From Chiloscyllium plagiosum (taxonomy: Eukaryota), in the NCBI RefSeq assembly GCF_004010195.1, contig NC_057718.1:64715123-64779122 (forward strand): DNA of 64,000 bases, given 5' to 3'. Below are positions 52,139 to 64,000 of the stretch, one piece after another. The notes under the pieces were generated by a model that was given only the letters and a program-made list of their open reading frames with translations, did no database searches and had not been told where the DNA came from. The translations under genes were made by a program, and so were the position numbers. Numbering within the stretch: the stretch's first letter is position 1; the number at the start of each line of letters is the position of its first letter.

Positions 52139-53609
52139 CAGATAGTTCTGGCAGCACGATTTAGCTGTAATGTCACTGAAGAATTAGGTAACAGTATTTT
52201 GGAGAATGTTTACCTCTGTTGACAATAGCACAATTTCAGTGGGGATCGGTTTGTACACTTCGTTCTGCCCATGCGCCAATGTGCATGCCAAAATCTCTGC
52301 GCCGTTCTGCACATGCGCCGGTGTTCTTGCTGTTCTGTTCATACTCCCATACAGCGTGATGCCTGTGCTGGTCTATGCGTGCGTCGAAGTCTATGTGCCG
52401 TTCTGCGCATGCGCGATGTGGGCTCCAGTCTTCATGCCGTTCTGCACATGTGCTGATGTCAGCTGCCAACACAGCCGTTTTCTGTGAGAGATAGACAATA
52501 GACAATTGGTGCAGGAGTAGGCCATTCGGCCCTTTGAGCCAGCACCACCATTCATTATGATCATGGCTGATCATCCACAATTAGTATTCTGTCACTGCCT
52601 TATCCCCATCACCCTTGATTCCACTATCCCTAGGAGCTCTATCCATCTCTTTCTTGAAAGTATTCAGAGACTTGGCTTCCACTGCCTTCTGGGGCAGAGC
52701 ATTCCATACACCCACCACTCTCTGGGTGAAGAAGTTTCTCCTCAACTCTGTTCAAAATGGTCTACCCCTTATTTTTAAACCGTGTTCTCTGGTTCTGGCC
52801 TCACTCATCAGCGGAAAAATGCTTCCTGCCTCCAGAGTGTCCAATCCTTTAACAATCGTATACATCTCAATCAGATCCCCTCTCAATCTTCTAAACTCAA
52901 GTGTATACAAGTCCAGTCGCTGCAATCTTTCAACATATGATAGCCCCGCCATTCCGGGAATTGACCTCGTGAACCTACACTGAACCCCCTCAAGAATTCC
53001 TCAAATTTGGAGACCAAAACTGCACACAATCCTCCAGGTGTGGTCTCACCAGGGCTTTGTACAGCTCTAGAAGGACCTCTTTGCTCCTGTACTCAATTCC
53101 ACTTGTTATGAAGGCCAGCATGCCATTAGCTTTCTTCACTGCCTGCTGTACCTGCTTGCTTGCTTTCATTGACTGATGTACAAGAACACCTAGATCTCGT
53201 TGTACATCCCATTTACCTAACTTGACTCCATTTAGATAGTAATCTGCCTTCCTGTTCTTGCCACCAAAGTGGATAACCACACATTTATCCACACTAAACT
53301 GCATCTGCCATGCATCCGCCCATTCACCTAGCCTGTCCAGCTCACAGGTACTGTATAGAGAACAACTTTCTTGCATTTTTTAAATGTTTGTGTTAAAGTT
53401 ATTTTTGTTAATAAATATAATTTTAATCTTCATTCATACTATACTTTGCGTAACACTTTTGGTTGATTTTTGCATGACTGTAAGTGATTTTTTTTGCTGG
53501 TCTGTCCCATGCCCTGCTTTCCCCATAGACCTCATTATTTTATTAAGCGATTTTCTATTAAGCGAGGTTTTGATGGAACACAGCTATGGCATTATAGGAG
53601 AACTACCTG
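52139..53609. mobile_element. Second Tigger-like DNA element copy, with a CR1 fragment (~52490-53345, -) inserted
   Basis: CAGATAGTTCT...GGAGAACTACCTG termini; body is the reverse complement of the 40888-43518 flanks. Confidence 0.7.
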
Positions 53610-53833
53610 TCGCTATCAAAATTGCAAAAATGTTTTTTTTAAATTGAGAGACACAGCAGGCTGCTTTCTTTTATTTCAAACTTTGAAAGGTGGGGATATA
53701 AATAATTGATCAGCTTGATAGTTCAACAAACTTTATGACTAATCTTCTACGACCATCATGCCCATTCTTGATCTTTGTAAGTCACAAATTGTGGAAACTG
53801 GACTTCACCCCAGCAAGAATGGAATCTATTTAC

Positions 53834-53908
53834 CTCAGTGCTGAGTACAAATGGGGCCTACTCATTTCAGATTTCTCAATGTGTGAGTCACAACCTGTCC
53901 ACTTTCCC
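53834..53908 (-). CDS. Exon 3 (75 nt, phase 2-2): GKWTGCDSHIEKSEMSRPHLYSAL(R)
   Basis: Strong acceptor tcctctttctgctgttag, donor AG|gtaaat, open frame. Confidence 0.62.
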
Positions 53909-55156
53909 CTAACAGCAGAAAGAGGACATGTTGAAAATAAGGACAGGGCTTTCTGATCTGGAGTCCGGCATCATTTTGGATTAGGCGTGGGTATCCTTGA
54001 ATCCATAAAAATCCAGGCCCAGAGAACTGAAGTCATTGCTCTTGCTGAGGCCTGTTATAGTTGACATACATCATGCTGCATGGTAATCATATTACTGTAT
54101 CTCAAAAATTCAATACTGAGCACAGATACAAACACCAGAACCTCACAGATACCATCTGATGCTACACAAACTGTCCAATTCAGATGAACTCTTTGTTAAT
54201 ATTGGACACACTGCAATATTATTGTGGTCAAGTGATCACGGACCCAAAGTTGGTCCTTCTAAATTGACTTTATTCAGAGAAATCCAGCCTGCCTGAAAAT
54301 TAGCCAAATGAAATTAAACTTCAGCCAGCAACTATCAGCTCCAGAGAACGGTGGAAATCAAGGTCAAAGAGGTCAGAAAGATTCTGAGGGACCAGTTACG
54401 ATCAGGCGAGGGTTGTGTATTGGAACAGTATTAATCAGACTTTCTGTCAGTCCCTGAAACCATGCACTGCACACCTCCCTGGCATGACAACAATGAAGGG
54501 CATTGGCTGGACCCCACTGGATGCTTTGAACCTAACTCATGACCCTATTGGCCAAAGGCCATACACTGTTTGGGGAGATCAGGAGATATTCACAACTGGT
54601 GAACATACACTGCTCAAAGAAAGAAAACTTCTGATGTTAAAATAACAAGAGATTGGTGGTCATTGTTCTTGAAAAGAGAAGAGTAAAAGATGACATATTA
54701 GAGACCTTTCAAATTATAAAGAATTTTGGTGGAGTAGATGTAGAGAAAATGCTTCAACTTGGGGGGAATTCAAATCTAGGGATCATACATTTATAAAATA
54801 GAAAATACTGAAGTCAATAAACAATTTAGAAGGAACTGGGTAAGTCCAAAACAAAAAAAACAAGAAAGTGCTGGCAAAACACAGCAGGTCAGGGAGTAGC
54901 TATTAAGGGAGAAACAAAATCACCATTTAAGGTAAATGCCGTCCAATGTTTTAATTAGCCTGGGATACTGCCTCTAATATACAAATTCTAACTCAGAAAT
55001 TGAGTAAATGGTGATCTCTGACTTCGCTGCTCCAAAAAATTCTTTGGTTTTACTTTTCATGAGAAAGTTATGGGTTAAATTAGAAACCATTTCACAGCTT
55101 ATTGTGGTAGTCAAGTGAATGCAGCCAAATCCTTGTTAGGATGTTACATGATCAGG

Positions 55157-55880
55157 ATGTTACATGATTGCTACCATTCTTTGAAATGATTTCTTAAGAA
55201 AATTAATTTATTGTAGGGATGTAAGTTAACAATTAAATTTTGATTAAATATTTCTTGTATTAAATTATGTCACAATGCTGGTCTGGTACAAGATTACTTT
55301 GCCCATGAGCATGTTTTTCAGACAGGGGGTAATTGACCAGGCTCCATCATGTCTGAAATTTGAATGGTTCACTCGGGCCTTGTTGTTCACCCTAACAGAT
55401 AGTGCTTCAGACCAAAAGCTTGAAAGGTCTTTTGAAAAACTGGTATGGTCAAGGTGGTGTGGCCAGCTCTCTAGCTGTGCAGTTCAATTCGGTTTGGAAG
55501 TGAGTTGAGTAAGAGTCACAGGGGAAACTGGAAGTCTTCTCTCTGTCCTTCTGCTCTTATGATTTTGAAATGTAAGATGCCTGTGCCATTATTTACTGTT
55601 TGTGCTAACGGATGTGTGTATTGGGACTGTTGCAAGTTTTTTTCAGAACAGCCTCACTAAATCAGGTTGGGATAGGATAAGTTATCTGGTATTTTGTTTT
55701 CTGTTCTTTGTGTTTCATTCCGTAATTTGGTAAGTAAATTTTATTTGTTTAAAACTTGGCAGTCAACCCAGCTAATTTACTCTGGGAATATCAACCATAC
55801 GCCTAGCTAAACAAATAGTATCGTTACGGTCTGAGCTACCTGCTTAAAGTGTTTTGAGGGGTATGGCTTCGTCCATAACA
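55157..55880. mobile_element. Older solo LTR related to 46481-47207, opposite orientation
   Basis: Ends GTCCATAACA, the reverse complement of TGTTATGGAC; colinear similarity along the terminal part. Confidence 0.6.
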
Positions 55881-56142
55881 ATTGGATGAGAATATCTCAG
55901 AGGGATGTAGCATACAAACTTGTAGGAAATCAGAAAAATTACAACAGAGTAGGTTGATGTTTGCCTTCTAAGATACTGCATTGGATATTTCCAACAGCCT
56001 CATAGTAAAGTGGCCAACTATAAATAACTAAAGGTTTTAAAAAAAAAATTGTTTTTTCATGTGCCATCTCCAGCTAGGCCAACACTTATTGCCCATCTCT
56101 AAATAACAATTTAAAAACACAATGACTTCACTCATATATTAC

Positions 56143-56205
56143 ATGGCTCCACTCCTATGGCTTGCTTGGCATTCTTCCTTCGTTAATGAGTTCATGTAGA
56201 TTGTT
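56143..56205 (-). CDS. Candidate exon 2 (63 nt, phase 2-2): TIYMNSLTKEECQASHRSGA
   Basis: Acceptor ctttatttcaactgatgcag, donor AT|gtaata. Open in the required phase; symmetric, so the model also works without it. Confidence 0.4.
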
Positions 56206-57952
56206 CTGCATCAGTTGAAATAAAGTTAATTGCTCTGAACATTACATATTATCACATTTGATCAACACATATAGGTGTATGGGTTGTTTGCTCTTATTGT
56301 TGCATCTCACAGTTGCAGTTACATTTTCTTGGTATAGTTAGAAAACATGCAAAATGTTCAGTCAGAAAATAAGAAAGAATTTAGAAGAAGCTTCACTCTT
56401 ATTAATATACCAGATTGTGCAATGAAACTCATCCTCCTCTTTTGTTCCTTAAACCAAAATCTAAAATGTATGCACTGGTCATTCTCCAAGTGTATGTTTT
56501 GATTTCAGAAATTAAATCCTGTTACACTGCCATCCTGCTAATGACATTGATGACTGACTATTGTGATACCATATACTGTATCCAATATATGAATGATTTT
56601 GTTTTGAAATGATTTCCTGTATTAAATGTCAAACATAGTGGAACTCTAGAGCTCCTGTACTGAATTATTTTGCTTTATAGTGGGATTGCTTTTTGTCAAT
56701 TGATTTGAAGCAGGATTTCACCAAAAGAACGTAAGTATAAATATAAATCCAAAATCAGCTCACAGAGTTCATTACAAAGCAGTTTCACTATGCCTTAAAT
56801 TCTAAAGTGCATGTACCTTTTCCCAAGTGATTAAAGATCCATTTATAATATGCATTAGGCTTATCAAGTATTGAGTAGAAAATAATTTCAAATGAGATGT
56901 TAAAAAGCTTTTATTGCATAAATACTTATTACTCTTGGGAGATTTAGAATTATTTCATTTAACCAACTGATATTGGAGTCGGTGATTCTTAAATCAATTA
57001 TTTTCTATCTTGCTGTTAAAATAAGTCTTAAATTAAATTACTGCATTGAAAAAAATAATCACATTAATGTTTCATTTCTACTATTTAAATGTTTGGGGCT
57101 CGGGTTTCACAGTTACCTTGAATTAGACTGTTGACTCTTCAAAATTAATATTAAGTTACTTTGTTAAGAAACAGCAATTTAAATATGACCGTTGAGGGCA
57201 GTTCACTGATAGCAAAGGACAAATGGATGGTTGACAAAGTGTCTGTCAATTTCAGTTGGAAGGTAAGATATGTCTGGGGGTTTGTGGAGGGTCTTGGGAG
57301 CTGTATAACTTACAGGGGTGTTCGAGCTTATCTGGGCTGAGGTTATGATTTTAGATTCAGCATGATGGGGTAGTGCTGCTGGGGCGATGTCCCATCTAGG
57401 GGATACAAGGGTTCTGGTGATGTTAGTTGGGAAGCGTCAGTGGTGACTTTGCAGGAGAGGTCAGTTTAAATGTTACCCAGAGATTAATGCTGGCTATTAA
57501 TCCTCTAACCTTTCCTGGGTAAGTATTAAGCCACAGTGAGTTGTGGAACGTTCTGTATTCAACTATTTTAATAGACTTTTATGGTAGGGTCCTGACTTGA
57601 GGGAATTACCCATTGGAAAATTCAGTTTTCTGGACAACTCCCACAGAGTCAGCAGTATCAGGGATTCCACATTGTTTGATGTGTAACACCAGTCCATGCT
57701 ACTCCAATGACTACCTGGCCATTGGAATATCTGAGCTGAGCCAACTATCTGCTGTTTCGATACACAGAAACAACATGCTGTTTCTTGAAAATTATAATTT
57801 GTTTAATTTCAAGCAAATGTCCTTTTCAGCATTTGCAACGGCAGCTTGTATCAAGTTATTTTGTTAATTCCAATTGCAGAAACAATTGTAACAGGCTTGG
57901 TGGTTTTGAGTAGTTTTAATTGGAGACAGAACTATTTGCATCAGTGACATAC

Positions 57953-58101
57953 ACATCTCCCATTCTCAAACACATAGGGTGGAATTTTCCAGACAGGTTA
58001 ATGCCATTAGCAATAGTAAGAAGGTTGAGAAAACACAGCAAAAGTAGAAAATTTGGATTCTTGATATCCATAAAAAGTATTTCCAAGTTTAAATGGTCCA
58101 T
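57953..58101 (-). CDS. Exon 1 of unidentified secreted/GPI-like protein: MDHLNLEILFMDIKNPNFLLLLCFLNLLTIANGINLSGKFHPMCLRMGD(V); start may be the Met at 58071
   Basis: Signal-peptide-like hydrophobic core ending ANG; donor GT|gtatgt, phase 2. Confidence 0.6.
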
Positions 58102-59734
58102 TCTGAACCTTACTAATTTGGTGACTACTTTATTTCATTATTAGCTAAATTCACCTCTTCCCATTTTTTTTTCCTTTCCCATGAAACCCGATGGTACCAA
58201 TTCCTGACATGAATGACAGATCAGTTACCTGACCACAACAGCTCGAAGCTTCAGAGAACACTTTCTTCACAACAATGCTCCATCGACAATGTTCTTTTCC
58301 ATCTATCATCCAATCAAGTGGACATCACCAAACTACCAGCTCCACCACATCATAAAGGCTGCTTTTGAACCAACTCACATTCCACTTCAGCCCTTGAGGC
58401 CTTCACTTGGGAGCACAGGGGCACTTGTGATTTGAATGTTTCTGCCAGGTTAGAGTCCACAGCACAGAAAAAAGACCCTTCAGACGATTGAGTCAGTGCC
58501 AGTCAAAACAACTACCTAACTGTTCTAATCCCAGTTTCCAGCACTAGATCCATAGCCTTGTATGTCTTGGCCATTGGGGCACACATGCACCTCAGGTATC
58601 TACCCAGGATGCATCTCATGGTCCTGAGGACAATTTCTTAGCACTCACTCAATTTGTGTTTACTCAGATACTACAAGCCTCTGTGTCAAGCATTGCTTCT
58701 TAGTGCAAAGGGAGAGGCAGTCATCGTTTCATGAATAGTCAAGGGAATGGACATGTCACTGAATGGCATTATGTTACGTCAATGTATACAGGGTAAATGC
58801 GTTGTATGCACTTCAACCAAAAGGCCTTGTCTGGAAGTCAGTGTCTGAAAGCCAGACCTCAGTGCACTCAGGGGGCACGCAAACTCTGGAGACGACTTAT
58901 GATATGTGCAGTAAGGAACTAGGAAGCACAAAGGGTTTGTAGCTTGGGAGATTGAGGTGGGAGAGTGCAGTTGCGTGGACATGATGCATATAACACTGAG
59001 AATTGTAGTCCATGAGCCTTGTTGGGAGGTTTGTGAATTGGCAGAATTAGAGTGAGTGCGAGCACTGCAAATAGCAGGAGTAACTATGACTTTTGTGGAT
59101 GAGTCTCCCCTGGGGGCTTCACCTGACTGGTTATCTTTGTGAAAGTTTTTATTCGTTTTGGCTATCGTATTGTTGGTCATACCTCTGCACTGCCCACTGC
59201 AGAAATAGCAGCAATGATTTTTTCTGGCTGGCCAAATTGGCCAAGAGAATAAATGAGAGACGACCACTGATTTGCATGGATTGAGATAGCCCACAATGCT
59301 GAGTGTCAATCCAGGAAATTTCTCGAAACCCAGAGCCTATTTGATTATCAGTGGCGCAGGAAAGATCACCAAGAAGAAACATTTGTTTTACAAAATATTT
59401 ATTGCATGATATAATAGGTACAATTTACACCAACTTGCCAGGCATCATTGCTAAGTACTCTTGGGGACAGCACAGAATACATCTGCTCCCGTCAGGTACT
59501 TGCACAGACTGCAACTGTCTTCTCTGGAAGACTGTTTAACATCAATGTTATTCATAGAGTTCAATGAACCATGAATATGAACTCTTTCAGAACCATTTCC
59601 TTAAGAAATGTCTCCCCAAAGCTTTTCTACCCCCTTTGTTAGCCACTGTATACTCATGTATACAAATAGATTATGTTTACCAGTAACCATCTTCTCCAAA
59701 ATTTCTGACTTTACAAATGCTGGTGGACTGGATG

Positions 59735-60200
59735 TCAAACTGAATTGAATTTATTATCACCTGTACCGAGGCACAGTGAAAAGCTTTGTCTTGCGAGTAA
59801 TATAGGCAGATCACATATTAATTAGCATAGATAAGTAAATAATAGGTAAACAGCGGCAAAAACAAAAAACACAGGTATAGGCAAATGTTAAGAGTTTGTG
59901 AGTCCATTCAGTATTCTAACAACAGTAGAGTAGAATCTGTTTCGAAACCGGTTGGTGTGTGTGTTCAGGCTTCCGTACCTTCTCCCTGATGGTAGAAGTC
60001 GTAGAAAAACATTGCCAGGGTTGGATGGATCTTTGAGAATGCTGGTGGCCTTTCCTTGTCAGCAGATCTGGTAGATGAATTCTAGAGATGGGAGGGTGGT
60101 CTTTGTGATTGTCCGGGCCGAGTTCACCACTCTCTGTAACCATCTCTGATCTTGAATGGTACAGTTGTCATCTAGACAGAATGCTCTTGATGGCATCCCT
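59735..60200 (-). mobile_element. Rex1/Babar-like LINE 3' fragment
   Basis: Minus-strand LPSGRRYGSLNTHTNRFRNRFYSTVVRILN-like C-terminus and a gataataaattcaattc tail. Confidence 0.65.
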
Positions 60201-60299
60201 ACGTTTCACAACTTTCCCAGAATGCAATCTCTTCAGACTTGGAAGAATGATAGATCTTCTACTTGAGGACTTGATTCATATCTGTAAATGCAGAGGTGA

Positions 60300-60922
60300 T
60301 ACACACTGGTTGACTGACTGCCCAAAATCTTGCCAAATGTAAATGTGATTCTATGCACTTTAGCAGGAAGAATGGAGGAGTTGATTATTATTTAAATAGA
60401 GAAAGAATGCAAAAAAGCTGCAGAGATACTGGGATTGGAGACAGTCAGAGTAAGTTCACCAGGATGATTCTAGGTATGGAGGGATTTTCTAATGAAGAGA
60501 GTTGAGTAACCTGTACTCATCGGAGTTTAGAAAATGCAATGTGGCCTATTGAAACATATAAGATACTTAGAGGTCTTGGAAGGGTAGGTGCTGAGAGGTG
60601 GTTTCCCCTTATGGGAGACTCCAGGTCCAGAGTACATATTCTTAGAGTAAGGAGTCACTTATTTAAGACAGAGATGAAGAGTTTCTTCTCTCAGAGAATA
60701 GTGAATCTGTGGAAATGTTCATCACAGAGGGCTGTCAAGGTTGGGTTGTTAAGTATATTCAAGATTGAGACAGACAAGTTTTTAAAACAGCGAGGCAATC
60801 GGGAGTTATAGGGAATAGACAGGAAAGTTAAGTTGAGGCTTTCCAGATCAGGCATGATTTCACTGAATCGTAGAGCTGACTTATTGGGCCAAATGGCTAA
60901 CTCTGCTCCTACATCTTATGTT
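60300..60922 (+). mobile_element. Old CR1 3' fragment
   Basis: IETYKILRGL, FFSQRIVNLW. Confidence 0.85.
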
Positions 60923-60989
60923 CCATGAATCATTTCTCCATTGAAGGATCTTTTTTTTCTTGGCTATCCTTCACGGAGAAAGAAATTCC

Positions 60990-63445
60990 CAGTAGACACT
61001 GGTTATTAGTACATTACTTCATCTGGAGAACACTTAATCTCTTGAAATTCTTTGCACAGAAACTTTTCCTTGTTAATCCAGGATCTGGTATCCCACGAGA
61101 AGCAATTGGTGCAGTTACCATTGATGTTAGTAAAAGGCTTGGGCAGAGTGGGGCAGAATTGATTGAGGAAGATTAATCAAGATTGGCTCAATATTTTTTG
61201 ATTACAAACTGATTGTCTCAGTGAACATAGAATATAGAACAGTACTGCACATCACTGATTGCTGTTGTGCTGACCTTTTATCCTATGCTAAGAGCAAACT
61301 AACCTACATACCCTTCATTTTACTATCATCCATATGCCTATCCAAGAGTTGCTTAAATGTCTTAATGAAATACCCAGGGGTTTTTCAGAAAGGGCTTTGG
61401 ACTATCAATGGGGCCAAAGCCACTTTACATGTTGACCAGGAAGCAACTCTGTGATTTTAAAAGGCCTGTCCTGTGCCATTTGCTTTGCGGGCAAAAGTAG
61501 AGGTGAAAATCAGGAGGCTGGAGAGCGAACGAATCATCAAGCCAGTGCAGTTTCCTAAATGGGCAGCACTGGTCCTATCAATTCTGAAGCCTGATGGCCC
61601 AGTTCGCCTTTGTGGGGATTTTAAGCAAATAGTTTCTCGCAGCTGAATAAGTACCCAATCCCTCACAAAGAGGACTTGTGCCACAAAGTTGGCAGGCAGG
61701 CTGTCCTTTATGAAGCTGAACATGAGCCATGTCTATCTGCAATTGCAACTGGATGAGGAGTCCCAGACGTACGCCTGGGACGTACGCCCACAATTAAAAC
61801 CTGTAAGGGTTTATACCAATATACAAGACCAATATTCAAGACTACTATTTGGGTTATCATCAGCCTGCGCCCTTTTCCGGCAGACCATGGAGAACGTTTT
61901 ATAAGGACTACCCAAGATTGCTATTCATCTGGATGACATGCTAATAACAGGGAAGACCAATAAAGAGCACTTGGAGAACTTGTTCACAGTGCTTAACATT
62001 TCTCCCATGCAGCTGTACACCTTAGAAGGGAAAAATGTGTTGTCCACGCATCCCAAGTGACCTGCTTGGGTTATAGAATTGACAAAACCGGATTACACCT
62101 GTTGGGAGATAAAGCGAGGGCAATGAAAAGAGCCCTGGTTCTCATGTCCATACCAGAGCTTAGGTCTTTCCTTGGGTTAATAAATTATGACTTAAAATTC
62201 ATTCATAAGCTTGCTTCCATCTTGGCATGCTTACACCTGCTATTGAAAGTGGGTCAATCTTGGAACTGATCACATAGCCAAGAAGTAACCTTAAGGGAAG
62301 TGAAAAAGTGGTTTTCATCATCCAAAGTGTTGATCCACTACAATCAGAAGCGAGAGGCAGTGCTGATATGCGATGCCTCCCCATACGGTATTGGAGTGGT
62401 GTCAGCTCACTGGTGGCCCAATAGTGTATGCTTCCTGGGCTTTGGTTGATGCTGAACACAAACTGCCCAGTCAGAGAAGGAAGGTTTGGCAATCATATTT
62501 GAAAGATCCACCAGTACCTTTATGGATGGCAGTTTGTAATAGCAACAGATCACAAACCCTTGCTAGGGCTACTAAAGAAAGACAAGGTGGTGCCACCCAT
62601 AGCGTCTGGGAGAATTCAGCGATGGACTTTATTCTCAGCACATACAAGTACCAACTAGAACACCATCCAGGAAGGTAAGTGGCTAATACAGATGCCCTAA
62701 ACTCCTCCCACTAACAGATATTCCGCCGGTCGTGTCTCCCCTGGAAGAGTCCATGCTGGATTTAAATTTCCTGGACATCCTTCCGATCACCGCTGACAAT
62801 ATCTGACTGCGGACACAAAAAGATCCAGTCCTAACAAAACAAAAACAGCTGGTGGTAATTGGGGAGACAGAAGGGCCATCGCAACCAGAACTAAAACCTT
62901 TCTGGACCCAGTGAGACTAGATCACTGGAGAGGACAGCATATTAATCTGGGGAGCAAGAGTGATTGTCCTGAGTAAAGATTGCCATCAAATACTGGCTGA
63001 ACCCCACCAGGGTCATCCAGGGGTTTCTAAGATGAAGGTGCTAGCAAGAAGCTATGTCTGGTGGCCAGGGTTGAATACTGACATAGCTGTGTTGGTGGGA
63101 GAGTGCCCAAGTGCCAATAAGTGCAAACATTATCACCAGCGGCAGCCCACATTCATGGAAACTGCTGGGTAAACCCTGGACTCAGTAACGTGTCGACTAT
63201 GCCAATCTTTTCATGGGCTCAATGTTCTGGACATTGTGGATACCCATTCAAAGTGGTTCGATGTGCATAAAGTCCATTCAGCAAACTCAGGGATGATAAT
63301 TGAGAAGCATCGTTCGCGATACTTCTGGAAGTATTCGTCATGGACAATGGAATGTCATTTACTGGCAGGGAATTTGAGTATTCCTGAATTTGAACGGCAT
63401 TCGGTACTTAAGGACCACTCCGTACCATCCATCATTCAATGGTCG
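60990..63445 (+). mobile_element. Decayed Gypsy pol (RT-RNase H-integrase order), with a short LINE-tail insert at ~61224-61362
   Basis: RLCGDFK, LLFGLSSACALF, HLDDMLI, ELRSFLGLINY, CDASPYGIG, HQGHPGVSKMKVLARSYVWWPG. Confidence 0.9.
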
Positions 63446-63479
63446 AATGAGAGAGACAATTTTAATTCTCTGAAGATTT

Positions 63480-64000
63480 GGAAATGCCAGTGTTGGACTA
63501 GGGTGGACAAAGTTAAAAATCACACAACACCAGGTTATAGTCCAACAAGTTTATTTGGAAGCACTAGCTTTCGGATTGCTGCTCCTTCATCAGGTGATTG
63601 TCGAGTATAAGATTGTAAGACCCAGAATTTATAGCAAAAGTTTACAGTGTTATGTAACTGAAATTATATGTTGAAAAAGACCTGGATTGTTTGTTAAGTC
63701 TCTCATCTTTTAGAATGGACATGTTGGTTTCCATTCTTTCATATGTAAATCACAAAACCTTTTTAAAAGTTACATTTTCAAGTGAACTTTAACAATTGGT
63801 GTCATGTCAGCCCAGATAATGCATTGAAGGTGTGAGGTGCCCTGTGAGAGACTATCTGTGCCCCAATGGTCAGACTGATTCTAATCTAAAAAAGGGATTT
63901 ACAGAATCTTACATGGATTCATGCAGTTTTTGAGCAAAGTAAAATGTAATTCTGCGAGTACAAAATTCACCCCACAAACTTATACGTATACATGTACATG
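63480..64000 (-). mobile_element. Penelope-like element terminus with hammerhead motif; runs off the window
   Basis: On -: CACCTGATGA-AGGAGC-AGC-AATCC-GAAAGCTAG, then AATAAA. Confidence 0.65.

Noticed and set aside
1..64000. CRISPR arrays, operons or other prokaryotic systems
   Set aside because: No repeat-spacer arrays or dense coding; the sequence is vertebrate intronic and repeat DNA.

Overview
Vertebrate, repeat-rich genomic DNA. The HE1-type tRNA SINEs and CR1/HER1-type LINEs point to a cartilaginous fish, probably a shark (inference). Almost all ORFs in the supplied track are decayed transposon fragments. Two spliced host loci, which the ORF track shows only in pieces, face each other tail-to-tail. 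(1) On + there is an intron-containing chitin synthase pseudogene, with recognisable exons at 7658-7834, 10367-10534, 11613-12054, 19386-19563 and 34107-~34500. It retains the HLKDK, MYMYYLLG and WGTRE motifs but carries stops, frameshifts and a SINE inside an exon, and its catalytic-core exons are missing or barely recognisable. (2) On - there is a phase-consistent 8-9-exon model (58101 to 35658) for an unidentified 218-239 aa protein with a signal peptide and a GPI-like or hydrophobic C-terminus. The rest includes a near-full-length CR1, a three-layer CR1/Gmr1-like Gypsy/CR1 nest, a second decayed Gypsy, solo LTRs, Tigger-like DNA elements, and Penelope-type hairpin inserts carrying hammerhead ribozyme cores. 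All homology calls come from remembered motifs, not from database searches.
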